A program made the position numbers and the translations under genes. The notes beneath the pieces are model-generated. The model was not told the origin of the DNA. It made no database searches and saw only the letters and a program-made list of their open reading frames with translations. Of a stretch of DNA of 64,000 nt, positions 10,390 through 19,541 are shown in pieces (positions within the stretch are counted from its first letter, which is position 1; every line of letters starts with the position of its first letter). The stretch is from positions 52,741 through 116,740 of IMG/VR virus record IMGVR_UViG_3300035698_001735; one strand, written 5' to 3'. The stretch is from a virus.

Positions 10390-11077
10390 AATTTGGGAAA
10401 CACTTATTGTCGCAAAGGATCGAATGATAGAACTCTTAGATCAAAACGCGATCGAGGTCAATGAGCGAGGCCTTGATCAATTCAATCAACCAGAGAACGG
10501 CTGGGTTAATCGTGTCTGGGCGAACGAAAGCATAAGGAGAGCTCACATTGACATAGTCGATGTTAGACAAACTCGTAAGCTCTGGATGATGCATGTATGT
10601 GTATTTCCGCAGCTACACAACGATGGTCCAATCTTCGGCTTTGATGTTATTGCCGGGGAACGGAAGATGACAGGTGCATTCCATGACTTCTCTGCGTCCA
10701 GCAGCGGTGAAGGCCATCCCTTAATAGAATGGTACAAGCACGAAGTAAGTGAATTTGTGCCAACTAAAGCAAGAAAACTGCCCGAATGGGCAACTAACAT
10801 TTTTACTGACAGTATGATAGCTGCTAGTAATGTAAAAACAGTAGAAGAAACAACTGAGATCTGTAACATGGCCGTAAATAACTTAGATGTATATTTGCAA
10901 ACTATTAGCGATTCCAACAACACTGGAAACAGAGCAGCGACTCTGGTTAGCCAAAACTATTACTGTGACAACCAACGACAAAATCCCCATACACCTAAAG
11001 TTATGAAAAACCTAGGACTTGACGAGGCAGACGTGGACTACTTCTGCAACGAACTCCTGTTCCCTAAAACCAACTAG
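10382..11077 (+). CDS. ferredoxin-dependent bilin reductase (PcyA/PcyX-like)
   Basis: RRAHIDIVD, MMHVCVFP, PIFGFDVIAG, GAFHDFS, LPEWA.IF, QNYYC.NQ.QNPHT; directly after heme oxygenase. Confidence 0.88.
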   Translation: MSEIWETLIVAKDRMIELLDQNAIEVNERGLDQFNQPENGWVNRVWANESIRRAHIDIVDVRQTRKLWMMHVCVFPQLHNDGPIFGFDVIAGERKMTGAFHDFSASSSGEGHPLIEWYKHEVSEFVPTKARKLPEWATNIFTDSMIAASNVKTVEETTEICNMAVNNLDVYLQTISDSNNTGNRAATLVSQNYYCDNQRQNPHTPKVMKNLGLDEADVDYFCNELLFPKTN

Positions 11078-11173
11078 ACTGCTAGTCTAGAAATTCAAGT
11101 TTACCAACGAGGCCGGCCGAACATTCTGTTCGAACTGGTTTCTCTAATGCCTAAAAATCAAGGAGATTTAATC

Positions 11174-11497
11174 ATGGCTATTTTTACCAGCAAGACTAAA
11201 AAAGAAAAGTACATAGAATTCTGCATCAATTGGAAGAAAGAATACAAATCATTATCGGCAATGATTCGTTCTGCAAAAGCAGCACGCAAAGAAGGAGTGT
11301 GGGAATATCGAGCAGTCGGCGATATTAAATTGCAACGCCGCGTGCGCATGGGCAACAATCCAGCCTATGATTCTAAGGCAGCAGAACAAGTGCGTGATCT
11401 TAGAGTTACAGCTAATGCCATGCTACGTGAGTTAGCAGCTGAGAAGACCTTAGCTGGTAAGCGTTACGCCGAAGCACTAAGAGAACTAGCGGCTTAG
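11174..11497 (+). CDS. hypothetical basic protein
   Basis: AGGAG SD before MAIFTS. Confidence 0.65.
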   Translation: MAIFTSKTKKEKYIEFCINWKKEYKSLSAMIRSAKAARKEGVWEYRAVGDIKLQRRVRMGNNPAYDSKAAEQVRDLRVTANAMLRELAAEKTLAGKRYAEALRELAA

Positions 11498-11521
11498 AAT
11501 TAAAGTATAGTATACTTTAAT

Positions 11522-11816
11522 TATTGAGGATATGTGCCCGAATCCCAAATCTAGACAAGACCGTTAGGCGCATAGCGTCTTGGTATCCAGAGTATTGTAC
11601 TTTACTAGGCGGTTAAGACACATATCCAATAGTCAGTGGACCAAAGAAGGGTATATGCGGAGAAATAGTCTCTTGCTCTATGAAACATATACTTGCCGCA
11701 AGGCGATAGACGTAGCTTGGTATAATCAGTTAAACGAGACTAAGCTACGCCGTGAGAAACATGAAGCCGATACGCGGGCTCAAATCTGCAAGTGGGTGCA
11801 AAGCCCGCACTTATAT
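11522..11816 (+). ncRNA. candidate structured non-coding RNA(s), family unknown
   Basis: Nested stems GGATATGTG/CACATATCC, GGGTATATG/CATATACTT, CGTAGCTT/AAGCTACG, GCC-GCAA-GGC, GCGGGCT/AGCCCGC. Confidence 0.55.
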
Positions 11817-11893
11817 TTTAACTCGAAAATTGTCGGGTTGACAAAAACAATAGTTGACAGTAGTATTAATAGTAAGAAAAAGGAGACACACAC

Positions 11894-12427
11894 ATGAGTT
11901 ACAAAGTATTTTTTATAAGCGACACGCACTTCGGACATGAAGGAGCATACAAGTATACCAACTACGACGGTACACCAATGCGACCCTGGGACAGTGCTGA
12001 GGAAGGAGACGCAGTTATGGCCGAACGTTGGAATTCAGTGGTTGGCCCAAAAGACAAAGTTTTCCACCTTGGAGATGTTGCTATACCACGACGTGGGTTG
12101 AAAGTGCTAGAGCCGCTTAACGGACGCAAGATACTTGTTGCTGGCAATCACGATATATTTAAGCTAAAGGATTACATGCCTTACTTTGAAGATATCTGTG
12201 GTACACGCAAGTATAAGGACTTTACATTAAGTCATGTTCCGCAGCACCCGGATTGCTTACCGCACTGGGCTAAGGCTAACTTGCACGGACATCTACACAA
12301 CAACACAATGAAGCGTATCGACGAAGCAGGTAATGAAGTTGTAGACACTCGTTACTTTAACGTAGCAGTAGAGCGTATCAACTACACGCCTATGGACTTT
12401 GATGAAATAGTTGCGCTTTTTGAATAA
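11894..12427 (+). CDS. calcineurin-like metallophosphoesterase
   Basis: SDTHFGH, HLGD, GNHD, HGHLH motifs. Confidence 0.9.
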   Translation: MSYKVFFISDTHFGHEGAYKYTNYDGTPMRPWDSAEEGDAVMAERWNSVVGPKDKVFHLGDVAIPRRGLKVLEPLNGRKILVAGNHDIFKLKDYMPYFEDICGTRKYKDFTLSHVPQHPDCLPHWAKANLHGHLHNNTMKRIDEAGNEVVDTRYFNVAVERINYTPMDFDEIVALFE

Positions 12428-12445
12428 CAACAACCGGAATAATAT

Positions 12446-12631
12446 ATGACACAATTAACATATAAAAAAGATGAAATACAAACTAAAGACGGGCGGTTTG
12501 TATTGCCGCCCGAATTAGCCGAAAAACTCGATCTACAGCCAGGGGACCGATTGCGAGTGTTAATGGGTGACCAGGGAACTATGGTACTCGAAAAAGCCAA
12601 TCAAGTTGATAAAGCCGAAACTGGGGACTAA
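12446..12631 (+). CDS. AbrB/MazE-type DNA-binding small protein
   Basis: GRFVLPPELAEKLDLQPGDRL looped-hinge signature. Confidence 0.75.
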   Translation: MTQLTYKKDEIQTKDGRFVLPPELAEKLDLQPGDRLRVLMGDQGTMVLEKANQVDKAETGD

Positions 12632-12633
12632 AG

Positions 12634-13113
12634 ATGGTAGTAAACATAAGAGGCGGCAACGATCGCCAAAAAGAGCTAGTAGAATCAATTGCCCATTATG
12701 CAGCTGATCTACTTATGACAGACAGACTAGCTGATACACTGGAAATTAACATTCAGCTTAAGCGTAACTTAGCTACTACTGACGGATGCTACGGAGACTG
12801 CATTTGGGAGGATTCTAATCGTCGTCCTAAGGAGTTTAATATAAGAGCTGACTCTTCGCTTAGACTGCGCAGGTTGCTAGAAACAATAGCACACGAAATG
12901 GTACATGCTAAACAGTGGGCGCGCGGTGAACTAGTAGACTTTGTAACTAGGCCAGGAGAGTCGCGTTTTTTAGGAAAGCTTTATACTTCGGAATCTTCGT
13001 ACTGGGATCAACCCTGGGAGATTGAAGCACACGGTAGAGAGTTAGGAATCTTTATTCGCTGGGCTGAAGCACACGGGCATGCCAAAAGAGCATGGTCGCA
13101 AGAAGTAGCATAA
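12634..13113 (+). CDS. zincin-like metallopeptidase
   Basis: AHEMVH and YWDQPWEIEAH. Confidence 0.8.
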   Translation: MVVNIRGGNDRQKELVESIAHYAADLLMTDRLADTLEINIQLKRNLATTDGCYGDCIWEDSNRRPKEFNIRADSSLRLRRLLETIAHEMVHAKQWARGELVDFVTRPGESRFLGKLYTSESSYWDQPWEIEAHGRELGIFIRWAEAHGHAKRAWSQEVA

Positions 13114-13154
13114 AATAATATTAACAATAAAAAATAATAAAAAGGAAGTACACA

Positions 13155-13682
13155 ATGAATACAAGTCTCATGAAGAAGACCCGTATTATGGAAGATATTG
13201 CATTAAAATTTCATCCAGAATTTAAAACTAATAAAAAATTAGCGCGTGTTTGGACACCGTACTTTAATACAGAAAACTTAGTTGAAGAAGCATTGGCACA
13301 CGTAGGCGGATACGATTTTATAGACGGAGAACACTGTGATTTTACAGATGGATCCGACAGCAAGACAGCGTCGATACGCCCTAACGCAACTAAGCATGAC
13401 GGAGTAGCCGGTAATAGCTATTGCGGAGAAGTTTCTGGTGTAGTTGCACAAAGTGGTGTACTTAAAGCTGGTGCGTTGCGTGTAATATTATTTAATCCGC
13501 ATCATGATAGATTGGATTACTTTTTTATGCCGCGCGATGAGTGGAGTGAAATAGGCATTAACATTCACCCTACTACTAAGAAAGGCAGAATCTTCTTTAC
13601 ATGGAACTCTGCTAAGGATGTGTGTTCAAAGATAGATAAGTTTAAAGTTGCAGACTTTGAGACGTTAGCTAAGGCAAAATAG
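13155..13682 (+). CDS. hypothetical protein (possible PD-(D/E)xK fold)
   Basis: SD; E...DF.DGSDSK pattern is suggestive only. Confidence 0.55.
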   Translation: MNTSLMKKTRIMEDIALKFHPEFKTNKKLARVWTPYFNTENLVEEALAHVGGYDFIDGEHCDFTDGSDSKTASIRPNATKHDGVAGNSYCGEVSGVVAQSGVLKAGALRVILFNPHHDRLDYFFMPRDEWSEIGINIHPTTKKGRIFFTWNSAKDVCSKIDKFKVADFETLAKAK

Positions 13683-13745
13683 TTCTTGACACTACCCTTG
13701 TAAGTTGCTATAATAATAAAAATAAAGCAACAACAAGGGTAACGT

Positions 13746-14498
13746 ATGAGCAACTGGAAACAACGATCGGGACAAACAACATACGACGTCAGACGTGTGT
13801 TGGCTTTATCGTACGCAGCTTATCGAACTAACGACTACGAATACATAAAGGATACTCGACGTTTTAGTGAACCAGAAAACGCAACTATATATTCAAACAA
13901 AGAATTAGTACTCTTTACAATATCTGATACTAAATATCATCCAGTGGGCCAGACCTTTGTTCCAATTAAAATAACTGACGAAGACTTAGAAAATGTAGAA
14001 GCAGCCTTTAAGTACTTCCGTCGTTACTCACTTAATGTGATTGCAAACACATTAGAAAACTTTCAGCAATCGGTGTGGGACGTTATACAACAAGAAACAT
14101 TCATCGGCTTCACGGGGTGCTCTTGCCTCCAGCTAGGATTACTTGCATACGTGCCTGCGTTAATAGAACGTGAGCAAAGCGCTAATTCACTTACCAAGCG
14201 AATCCGAAAAGAATACTGGGAATCATCGCATATCGGAGCAGTAGGCGATAAGATTGAACTCAAAGGCGAAGTACTAAAGTCCGTGTACTACAAAAACATA
14301 GAAAAGTGGATGACGCTAGTTGTTGCAGACGCTAACTTAGTCTCGTTCTTTTATAAGGACGAATTAGAGCTAGGAAGCATAATTAAGTTTAAATGCCGCG
14401 TAAAAGACCACAGTCACTTTAGAGAGATAGCGAATATTAACGAAACGCGAGTTAACTACGTAAGCATAAGCAAGGCGAGCATATCAAATGAAAATTAG
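13746..14498 (+). CDS. hypothetical protein with C-terminal OB-fold-like domain
   Basis: Own promoter TTGACA-N17-TATAAT at 13686; HIG.VGDKIEL...VK.H...ETRVNYV. Confidence 0.65.
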   Translation: MSNWKQRSGQTTYDVRRVLALSYAAYRTNDYEYIKDTRRFSEPENATIYSNKELVLFTISDTKYHPVGQTFVPIKITDEDLENVEAAFKYFRRYSLNVIANTLENFQQSVWDVIQQETFIGFTGCSCLQLGLLAYVPALIEREQSANSLTKRIRKEYWESSHIGAVGDKIELKGEVLKSVYYKNIEKWMTLVVADANLVSFFYKDELELGSIIKFKCRVKDHSHFREIANINETRVNYVSISKASISNEN

Positions 14499-14955
14499 AA
14501 ACGAAAGTGAAATATTCACGCCGGAAGGCATTGCTAAAATTGAAGAGATGAAAGATTGTAAATTTGTATGCGAAACATGCATAAGTGAAAACAACGAATG
14601 GGTAGATAGCTCAGTGGCTATATTTTACAGCAAAACGCCGCATCCAGTAAGTAACAGTAATTACTTTGGGGTATATGTATTACCTAAGCCATTATTTAAT
14701 ACTTCAGACGAAGATCAAATAATGATTACATCTGCTCAGACAGCAGTTGGCGAAACAATCACTGGAATTATTGCCGACGACGGTGATATTATATACAGTC
14801 GTTACAGACACGACTACAGGGTGAGCGACGACGGCTCTGTATTTATTGACGGTGGGCGAGACTATGTGCACACAGGTGCTTATCCAAAAGAAGCTTTCGT
14901 GAAGATGGTCATCGAAGGCGGCGAACTAAAAATACAAAACAAAGAGGAAGAATAA
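14488..14955 (+). CDS. conserved large-phage hypothetical protein
   Basis: YSRYRHDY...FIDGGRDY motif. Confidence 0.7.
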   Translation: MKIRNESEIFTPEGIAKIEEMKDCKFVCETCISENNEWVDSSVAIFYSKTPHPVSNSNYFGVYVLPKPLFNTSDEDQIMITSAQTAVGETITGIIADDGDIIYSRYRHDYRVSDDGSVFIDGGRDYVHTGAYPKEAFVKMVIEGGELKIQNKEEE

Positions 14956-15436
14956 TGCCAACACTACGCATGCTAGTAGGAGTACCTGCATCAGGAAAGT
15001 CCACATGGTACGAAGAAGAAGCCGATATGAATGCTGTATATGCAAGTTCGGACAAACACATTCAGGATATCGCCGACGCGCAGGACTTAACGTACAATGA
15101 TGTTTTTGCATCATCAATTAAGTCTGCTACTGATAAAATGAACCTTGATATTAAAAAAGCAGTAAAGCAAGAACGAGATATTGTATGGGATCAAACTAAT
15201 CTCAGCGTATCGTCGCGTGCTAAAAACTGAAACAGATACCAGATTCGTATACTAAAATAGCAGTGTACTTTGAAGCTCCGCCTGTGGAAGTATTAACAGC
15301 AAGACTCGAAGGTCGGCCAGGTAAAACGATACCGGCACACGTACTTGGCAGTATGACAAAGTCACTAGTGAAGCCTACTGTTGAAGAAGGCTTCGATCAA
15401 GTTGAGGAGATAAAATATGAAGTGAGCAACATATGA
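14955..15436 (+). pseudogene. polynucleotide-kinase-like P-loop kinase (AAA_33) split by one frameshift, probably an assembly error
   Basis: VGVPASGKST, WDQTNL; frame breaks in the A5 run near 15222-15226 and resumes as LKQIPDSYTKIAVYF...RPGKTIP...PTVEEGFD. Confidence 0.8.
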
Positions 15437-15670
15437 AAGTACCACTATCAGTTCTAGTAGTTGTATCTATAATAGTAGGTATGCTATTACACATTTCATT
15501 TACTAACACTAGTATGTCTATTGTGTTCCCTTTGGTGACCAATGTTATTGTGATAGCAATATTGTCTTCCATGTGCGTTAGAATATACAACGATAAGAAA
15601 TAGCATTGTTGCTTGACATATAATGTATACGTGTTATACTACACTAGTAAATTAACAAGGGAAGCACAAA

Positions 15671-16087
15671 ATGAACGACCACCCAACGCTATACATTTTA
15701 ATGCGCAACGATCTAGCTAGCATGAATTCAGGTAAAGCAATGGCCCAGGCATCACATGCTTCTAATGCGTTTGTAAATCGAGTACAGAAGCTAGAAATGT
15801 ATGAGCAAAGCAACGACACTACTCGAGCCTTTGCAAAGTGGATAGCAGGCGCGCAAGGCTTTGGCACGGTACTAGTACTTGCTGTTAACGAAAGACAAAT
15901 GAGAGAATCAGTTAACACAGCAGCCAAGCACGGACTTATAAGCGGCATTGTGCATGACGAAACATATCCGTTGCGAGACGGAGGATCAACACACTTCCTT
16001 CCGCTGGATACCTGTGCTTACATATTCGGAGACAGAAAAAGTCTTGAAGTTAAGGCATGCGTACACGGACTAAAATTACATCCGTGA
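15671..16087 (+). CDS. peptidyl-tRNA hydrolase Pth2-like
   Basis: YILMRNDL.SMNSGKAMAQASHAS, VHDETYP, DTC..IFG; own promoter near 15613. Confidence 0.8.
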   Translation: MNDHPTLYILMRNDLASMNSGKAMAQASHASNAFVNRVQKLEMYEQSNDTTRAFAKWIAGAQGFGTVLVLAVNERQMRESVNTAAKHGLISGIVHDETYPLRDGGSTHFLPLDTCAYIFGDRKSLEVKACVHGLKLHP

Positions 16088-16311
16088 ACATACTAAAAAG
16101 CTTAAAGCTTATTGGTGAGATAGGTGGTATAACAGGCGCTACGCTTGTAGCATTTAATATACCAATAAGCGGATATGGGTTTTTGTTTTACTTATCAAGC
16201 TCAGTTGCTTGGTCTATTGCTTCGTATATGATGAAGGAATGGAGCTTGTTTAGAATGAGCATATTTTTTACAGTTATTAATTTTATGGGGATATACCGAT
16301 GGTTGATATAA
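16084..16311 (+). CDS. small 3-TM membrane protein
   Basis: GTG start overlapping previous stop; ends N..GIYRW. Confidence 0.6.
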   Translation: MNILKSLKLIGEIGGITGATLVAFNIPISGYGFLFYLSSSVAWSIASYMMKEWSLFRMSIFFTVINFMGIYRWLI

Positions 16312-16748
16312 TTTTTGACATCGATGGAACAATTGCTAACTTGGATCACAGGTTGGCATATGTACGTTCGCAGCCTAAGAACTGGCCTGCGTTTGCACGA
16401 GGAATTAAGGATGATTTGCCTATTCCTCAAACAATGCATTTGTTGACTACTTTGGCAAAAGCTGGCAACACAATTATATTGTGTTCGGGACGTAATGAAA
16501 AGAGTCGCCAAGACACAATTGATTGGTGCAGGAAGTATGATATTTGGCAGCACATTGCTGACTTGTACATGCGAGCAGATGGTGACTACAGAAGCGACGA
16601 TATCGTTAAGGAGGAATTGCTTGATGAAATTATAAGTCAAGGTTTTGACCCGCACATGGTATTTGACGATCGGCCGCAGGTAGTACGCATGTGGCGCAAG
16701 CGTGGAATATTTGTGCTTGATGTTAATCAGTCCGGTGTTGAGTTCTAG
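16299..16748 (+). CDS. HAD phosphatase, T4 Pnkp 3'-phosphatase-like
   Basis: FDIDGT, SGR, MRADGDYRSDDIVKEE, FDDRPQVVRMWR. Confidence 0.9.
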   Translation: MVDIIFDIDGTIANLDHRLAYVRSQPKNWPAFARGIKDDLPIPQTMHLLTTLAKAGNTIILCSGRNEKSRQDTIDWCRKYDIWQHIADLYMRADGDYRSDDIVKEELLDEIISQGFDPHMVFDDRPQVVRMWRKRGIFVLDVNQSGVEF

Positions 16749-16953
16749 TTACCTTAGCACGTTGACTCTATGTTCAGTTGCGAGAGCAGTATGAAAAAAA
16801 TGTTAGACAAAGTAATACGAGTGCTAGTAGGTACCGACGCTCGTACAGTACAAGCACCAAGCTCTAACGGATCGGCTATAGTTGATCAAGAATTAGGCGT
16901 CGACTCGCAAGAGCTTGGACAAAAATATAAACAAACTACAGGAAGCGAAAAAA

Positions 16954-17121
16954 ATGTTCGGATGGCTCAAGAAAGACCCAAAGAAAAAGTTACAAAAGGA
17001 TTACGAATCACTACTTCATACAGCGATGCAATTTCAACGCAACGGCGACATTAAAAGCTATTCTGCAACAACCGCAGCAGCTGAAATAGTCCTAGCAAAA
17101 ATTAAATCTTTAGAAACCTAA
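16954..17121 (+). CDS. small DUF6435-like protein
   Basis: MFGWLKKDP.KKL...AMQ.QRNGDI.SYS pattern recalled from bacterial DUF6435; AGGA SD. Confidence 0.65.
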   Translation: MFGWLKKDPKKKLQKDYESLLHTAMQFQRNGDIKSYSATTAAAEIVLAKIKSLET

Positions 17122-17153
17122 CACTTTACCACAATCACAGGATCCCAATACTA

Positions 17154-17408
17154 GTGAATAGACGAGGTTTTTTAAAAGGAATGGGTTTGGTATTGGCCGC
17201 GCCTGCTTATATTAAGGCCGAGAACCTAATGGGACTGTGGTTGCCCCTAGAACGAAGAATATTATGCGGCCCTCAGTGTCAGCGTGTGGCCTTGGGTATG
17301 CAAGGGCTTGATTGGACAGAAGAGACGATCAAAAATCTGGCAGCGACCATCAGAAATGAAATAGATGCCGATCTTCTATCGCGAATAAGGTCTGAAGAAT
17401 ACGAATAA
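17154..17408 (+). CDS. small protein with twin-arginine-like N-terminus
   Basis: MNRRGFLKGMGLVLAAPA. Confidence 0.6.
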   Translation: MNRRGFLKGMGLVLAAPAYIKAENLMGLWLPLERRILCGPQCQRVALGMQGLDWTEETIKNLAATIRNEIDADLLSRIRSEEYE

Positions 17409-17492
17409 ATGATTTGGATAGTTTGGGGGCAAAAGCAGACACTTTAAACTTACCAGCTAAGTAAGCTACAACGTAAGCTATAAAGTAAACTA

Positions 17493-17520
17493 AGAAAAGA
17501 CGAGCTTGCTCGTCTTTTCT
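17493..17520. terminator. bidirectional intrinsic terminator-like palindrome
   Basis: AGAAAAGACGAG-CTTG-CTCGTCTTTTCT; near-identical copy at 50805. Confidence 0.75.
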
Positions 17521-17585
17521 GTTGACTACGCATTACACAACTGCTATAATGTATGTATGTATACAATTAATCAATAGAGAGATGT

Positions 17586-17822
17586 ATGGCTAATAAATTT
17601 AGAGTTTTATTTATTCCCGCGCTAGAGCTAACAAAGGCAGAGTTCATTAGTGAGACTGTGTTTAGTTATGAGCAAGCCGTGGCCATCAAAGACGCGATAG
17701 CAACCTATACGTTAATGCTTCATGAGCATAGTATTATGAAGGATTTTAGCAATATTGCATTAATTGAAGAATGTGTGGATGGCGAATGGCTAGAAGCCGA
17801 TTTCGACGAATACGAAATTTAA
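17586..17822 (+). CDS. hypothetical protein
   Basis: Follows promoter TTGACT-N17-TATAAT at 17522. Confidence 0.6.
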   Translation: MANKFRVLFIPALELTKAEFISETVFSYEQAVAIKDAIATYTLMLHEHSIMKDFSNIALIEECVDGEWLEADFDEYEI

Positions 17823-17841
17823 CAGACAAGAGCATAGAATT

Positions 17842-19023
17842 ATGAAATACGAATTTCCAGTAATTAATCACATTAATGACGTATTGCCGCACATCAAAGG
17901 CAGAGACGAATTCATCGTTGCCGAACGGGACAACTATACTATTATCAATTACGTAGTAACACAGCCCGATACGTTTCCTGATGTTAAAGTAGCAGGCGGC
18001 AATGCTAGCATGCGTAACGAACGATCATACGCTAAACGTGTATTACGCGAGTGCCGTGGCTTAGTCTTTGACAAAGCAGGCAATGTAATGTCGCGACGGT
18101 TCCATAAGTTCTTTAATGTTAACGAACGCGAGGAAACACTTGCTCACCGCATTGACTTGTCAGAGCCGCATGTTATTATAGAGAAGCTAGATGGCTCTAT
18201 GATTACGCCTTTGCACTTCAACGGCTTTATTCGCTGGGGTACTAAGATGGGCGTCACTGACGTAGGCATGGCTGCTGAAGAGTTTGTAGTTGATCATTAT
18301 AATTATGTTGACTTTGCTAACTACGCACATGCACACGGTGTTACTCCTATCTTTGAATTTTGTTCACGAGATAACCGTATCGTAGTTGACTATCCAGAAG
18401 ATCGCTTAGTGCTGTTAGCTATGCGTAACAAAGTCACTGGCGACTATACTAATTATAAAGATTTACTAAGTATTGCTGCTAAGTTTGATATTGACGTAGT
18501 TAAGGCATACCCTGGTACTGTTGAATCAATGGAACACCTAGTTGAAACAATACGTGATGAAAAAGAAGGCGAAGGTTGGATTATCCGCTTTGACGACGGT
18601 CACATGCTTAAGATTAAAAACGAAACGTATGTCCGTTTGCACAAGACTAAAGATCGCATACGCTTCGAACGCAACCTAGTTGATGTAATACTTAACAATG
18701 AGTTAGATGACTTAAAAGCGTTTATGATTGGTCCAGATTTAGAACGTGCAATACAGTACGAGAAGGACTTCTGGGAAGCAATAAACAGCTATGTGGCATT
18801 TGTTAAAGACACCGCTCAGCCACATGTATTGAGCGGCGACCGGAAGGCGTTTGCAGATGTGTCAAGCGACTGGGATGGCAGATTGCGTGGCTTAGTATTT
18901 TCGTTGTTTGATAACAAGGACGCGAAGGAAGTTGTTATTAAATTATTACAAAAGAACATGGGATCTAACGTACGATTTGATTCCTTTAAAACATTATTCT
19001 TATCTAACTGCAAGTGGAACTAA
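17842..19023 (+). CDS. T4 Rnl1-like RNA ligase
   Basis: ECRGLVF, RFHKFFNVNE, EKLDGSMI, FEFCS..NRIVV.Y, EGWII, KIKNETY. Confidence 0.93.
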   Translation: MKYEFPVINHINDVLPHIKGRDEFIVAERDNYTIINYVVTQPDTFPDVKVAGGNASMRNERSYAKRVLRECRGLVFDKAGNVMSRRFHKFFNVNEREETLAHRIDLSEPHVIIEKLDGSMITPLHFNGFIRWGTKMGVTDVGMAAEEFVVDHYNYVDFANYAHAHGVTPIFEFCSRDNRIVVDYPEDRLVLLAMRNKVTGDYTNYKDLLSIAAKFDIDVVKAYPGTVESMEHLVETIRDEKEGEGWIIRFDDGHMLKIKNETYVRLHKTKDRIRFERNLVDVILNNELDDLKAFMIGPDLERAIQYEKDFWEAINSYVAFVKDTAQPHVLSGDRKAFADVSSDWDGRLRGLVFSLFDNKDAKEVVIKLLQKNMGSNVRFDSFKTLFLSNCKWN

Positions 19024-19024
19024 T

Positions 19025-19453
19025 ATGAATAACGATCCTTACATTACGCAGACAGAAGTAGTTACTACGCACTTCTACAATAAAGATTACGGTGACCGTC
19101 GCATGTGTAAATGCGGTCACCTATACGAACGCCACTTTGATTGGCACGAACAAATGGAAGCAGTTGGGTGTAAGTATTGCGGCTGTACTAAATTTGAAGA
19201 ACGCGGGGACGTAAATGTCCTAGGTACAACTGAAATTTCACTGCTGTGTGTTAACGAAGCACTGGGCTGCGATCACGAGCGCCAAATGACAGATACAGAG
19301 TTACTTGGTTATGCGCGTGAGTATTATAAAGAATGTTACATAACTGATGCCAGCGACGACCAGACACGGCTAGTACACCTTGCTATTCAGGCTCTTGTAG
19401 AAGCTATTATTACAGAGCGATGGGGCGAAGTAGACCCAGATCTTATTACATAA
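19025..19453 (+). CDS. hypothetical Zn-finger protein
   Basis: CKCGH.Y.RHFD...GCKYCGC; ATG right after the ligase stop. Confidence 0.65.
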   Translation: MNNDPYITQTEVVTTHFYNKDYGDRRMCKCGHLYERHFDWHEQMEAVGCKYCGCTKFEERGDVNVLGTTEISLLCVNEALGCDHERQMTDTELLGYAREYYKECYITDASDDQTRLVHLAIQALVEAIITERWGEVDPDLIT

Positions 19454-19457
19454 GCAG

Positions 19458-19541
19458 TTGACAAACGCTAAATAATAGTGTACACTGTACAAGCTAAGAG
19501 ATAGACTTTTAGCACCCACATACAAGCAGAGGATTTTTGCT
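19458..19541 (+). promoter_or_regulatory. promoter plus two-hairpin 5'-UTR of nadM-nudix
   Basis: TTGACA-N17-TACACT; GCTAAGAG-ATAGA-CTTTTAGC; SD inside second hairpin. Confidence 0.7.

Noticed and set aside
11580..11897. 105-aa ORF
   Set aside because: TTG start, no SD, overlaps dense RNA stems and a promoter.
16770..17054. 94-aa ORF overlapping the DUF6435-like gene
   Set aside because: Conflicts with a better-supported gene; no SD or recognisable motif, though a short real gene in its 5' part cannot be excluded.
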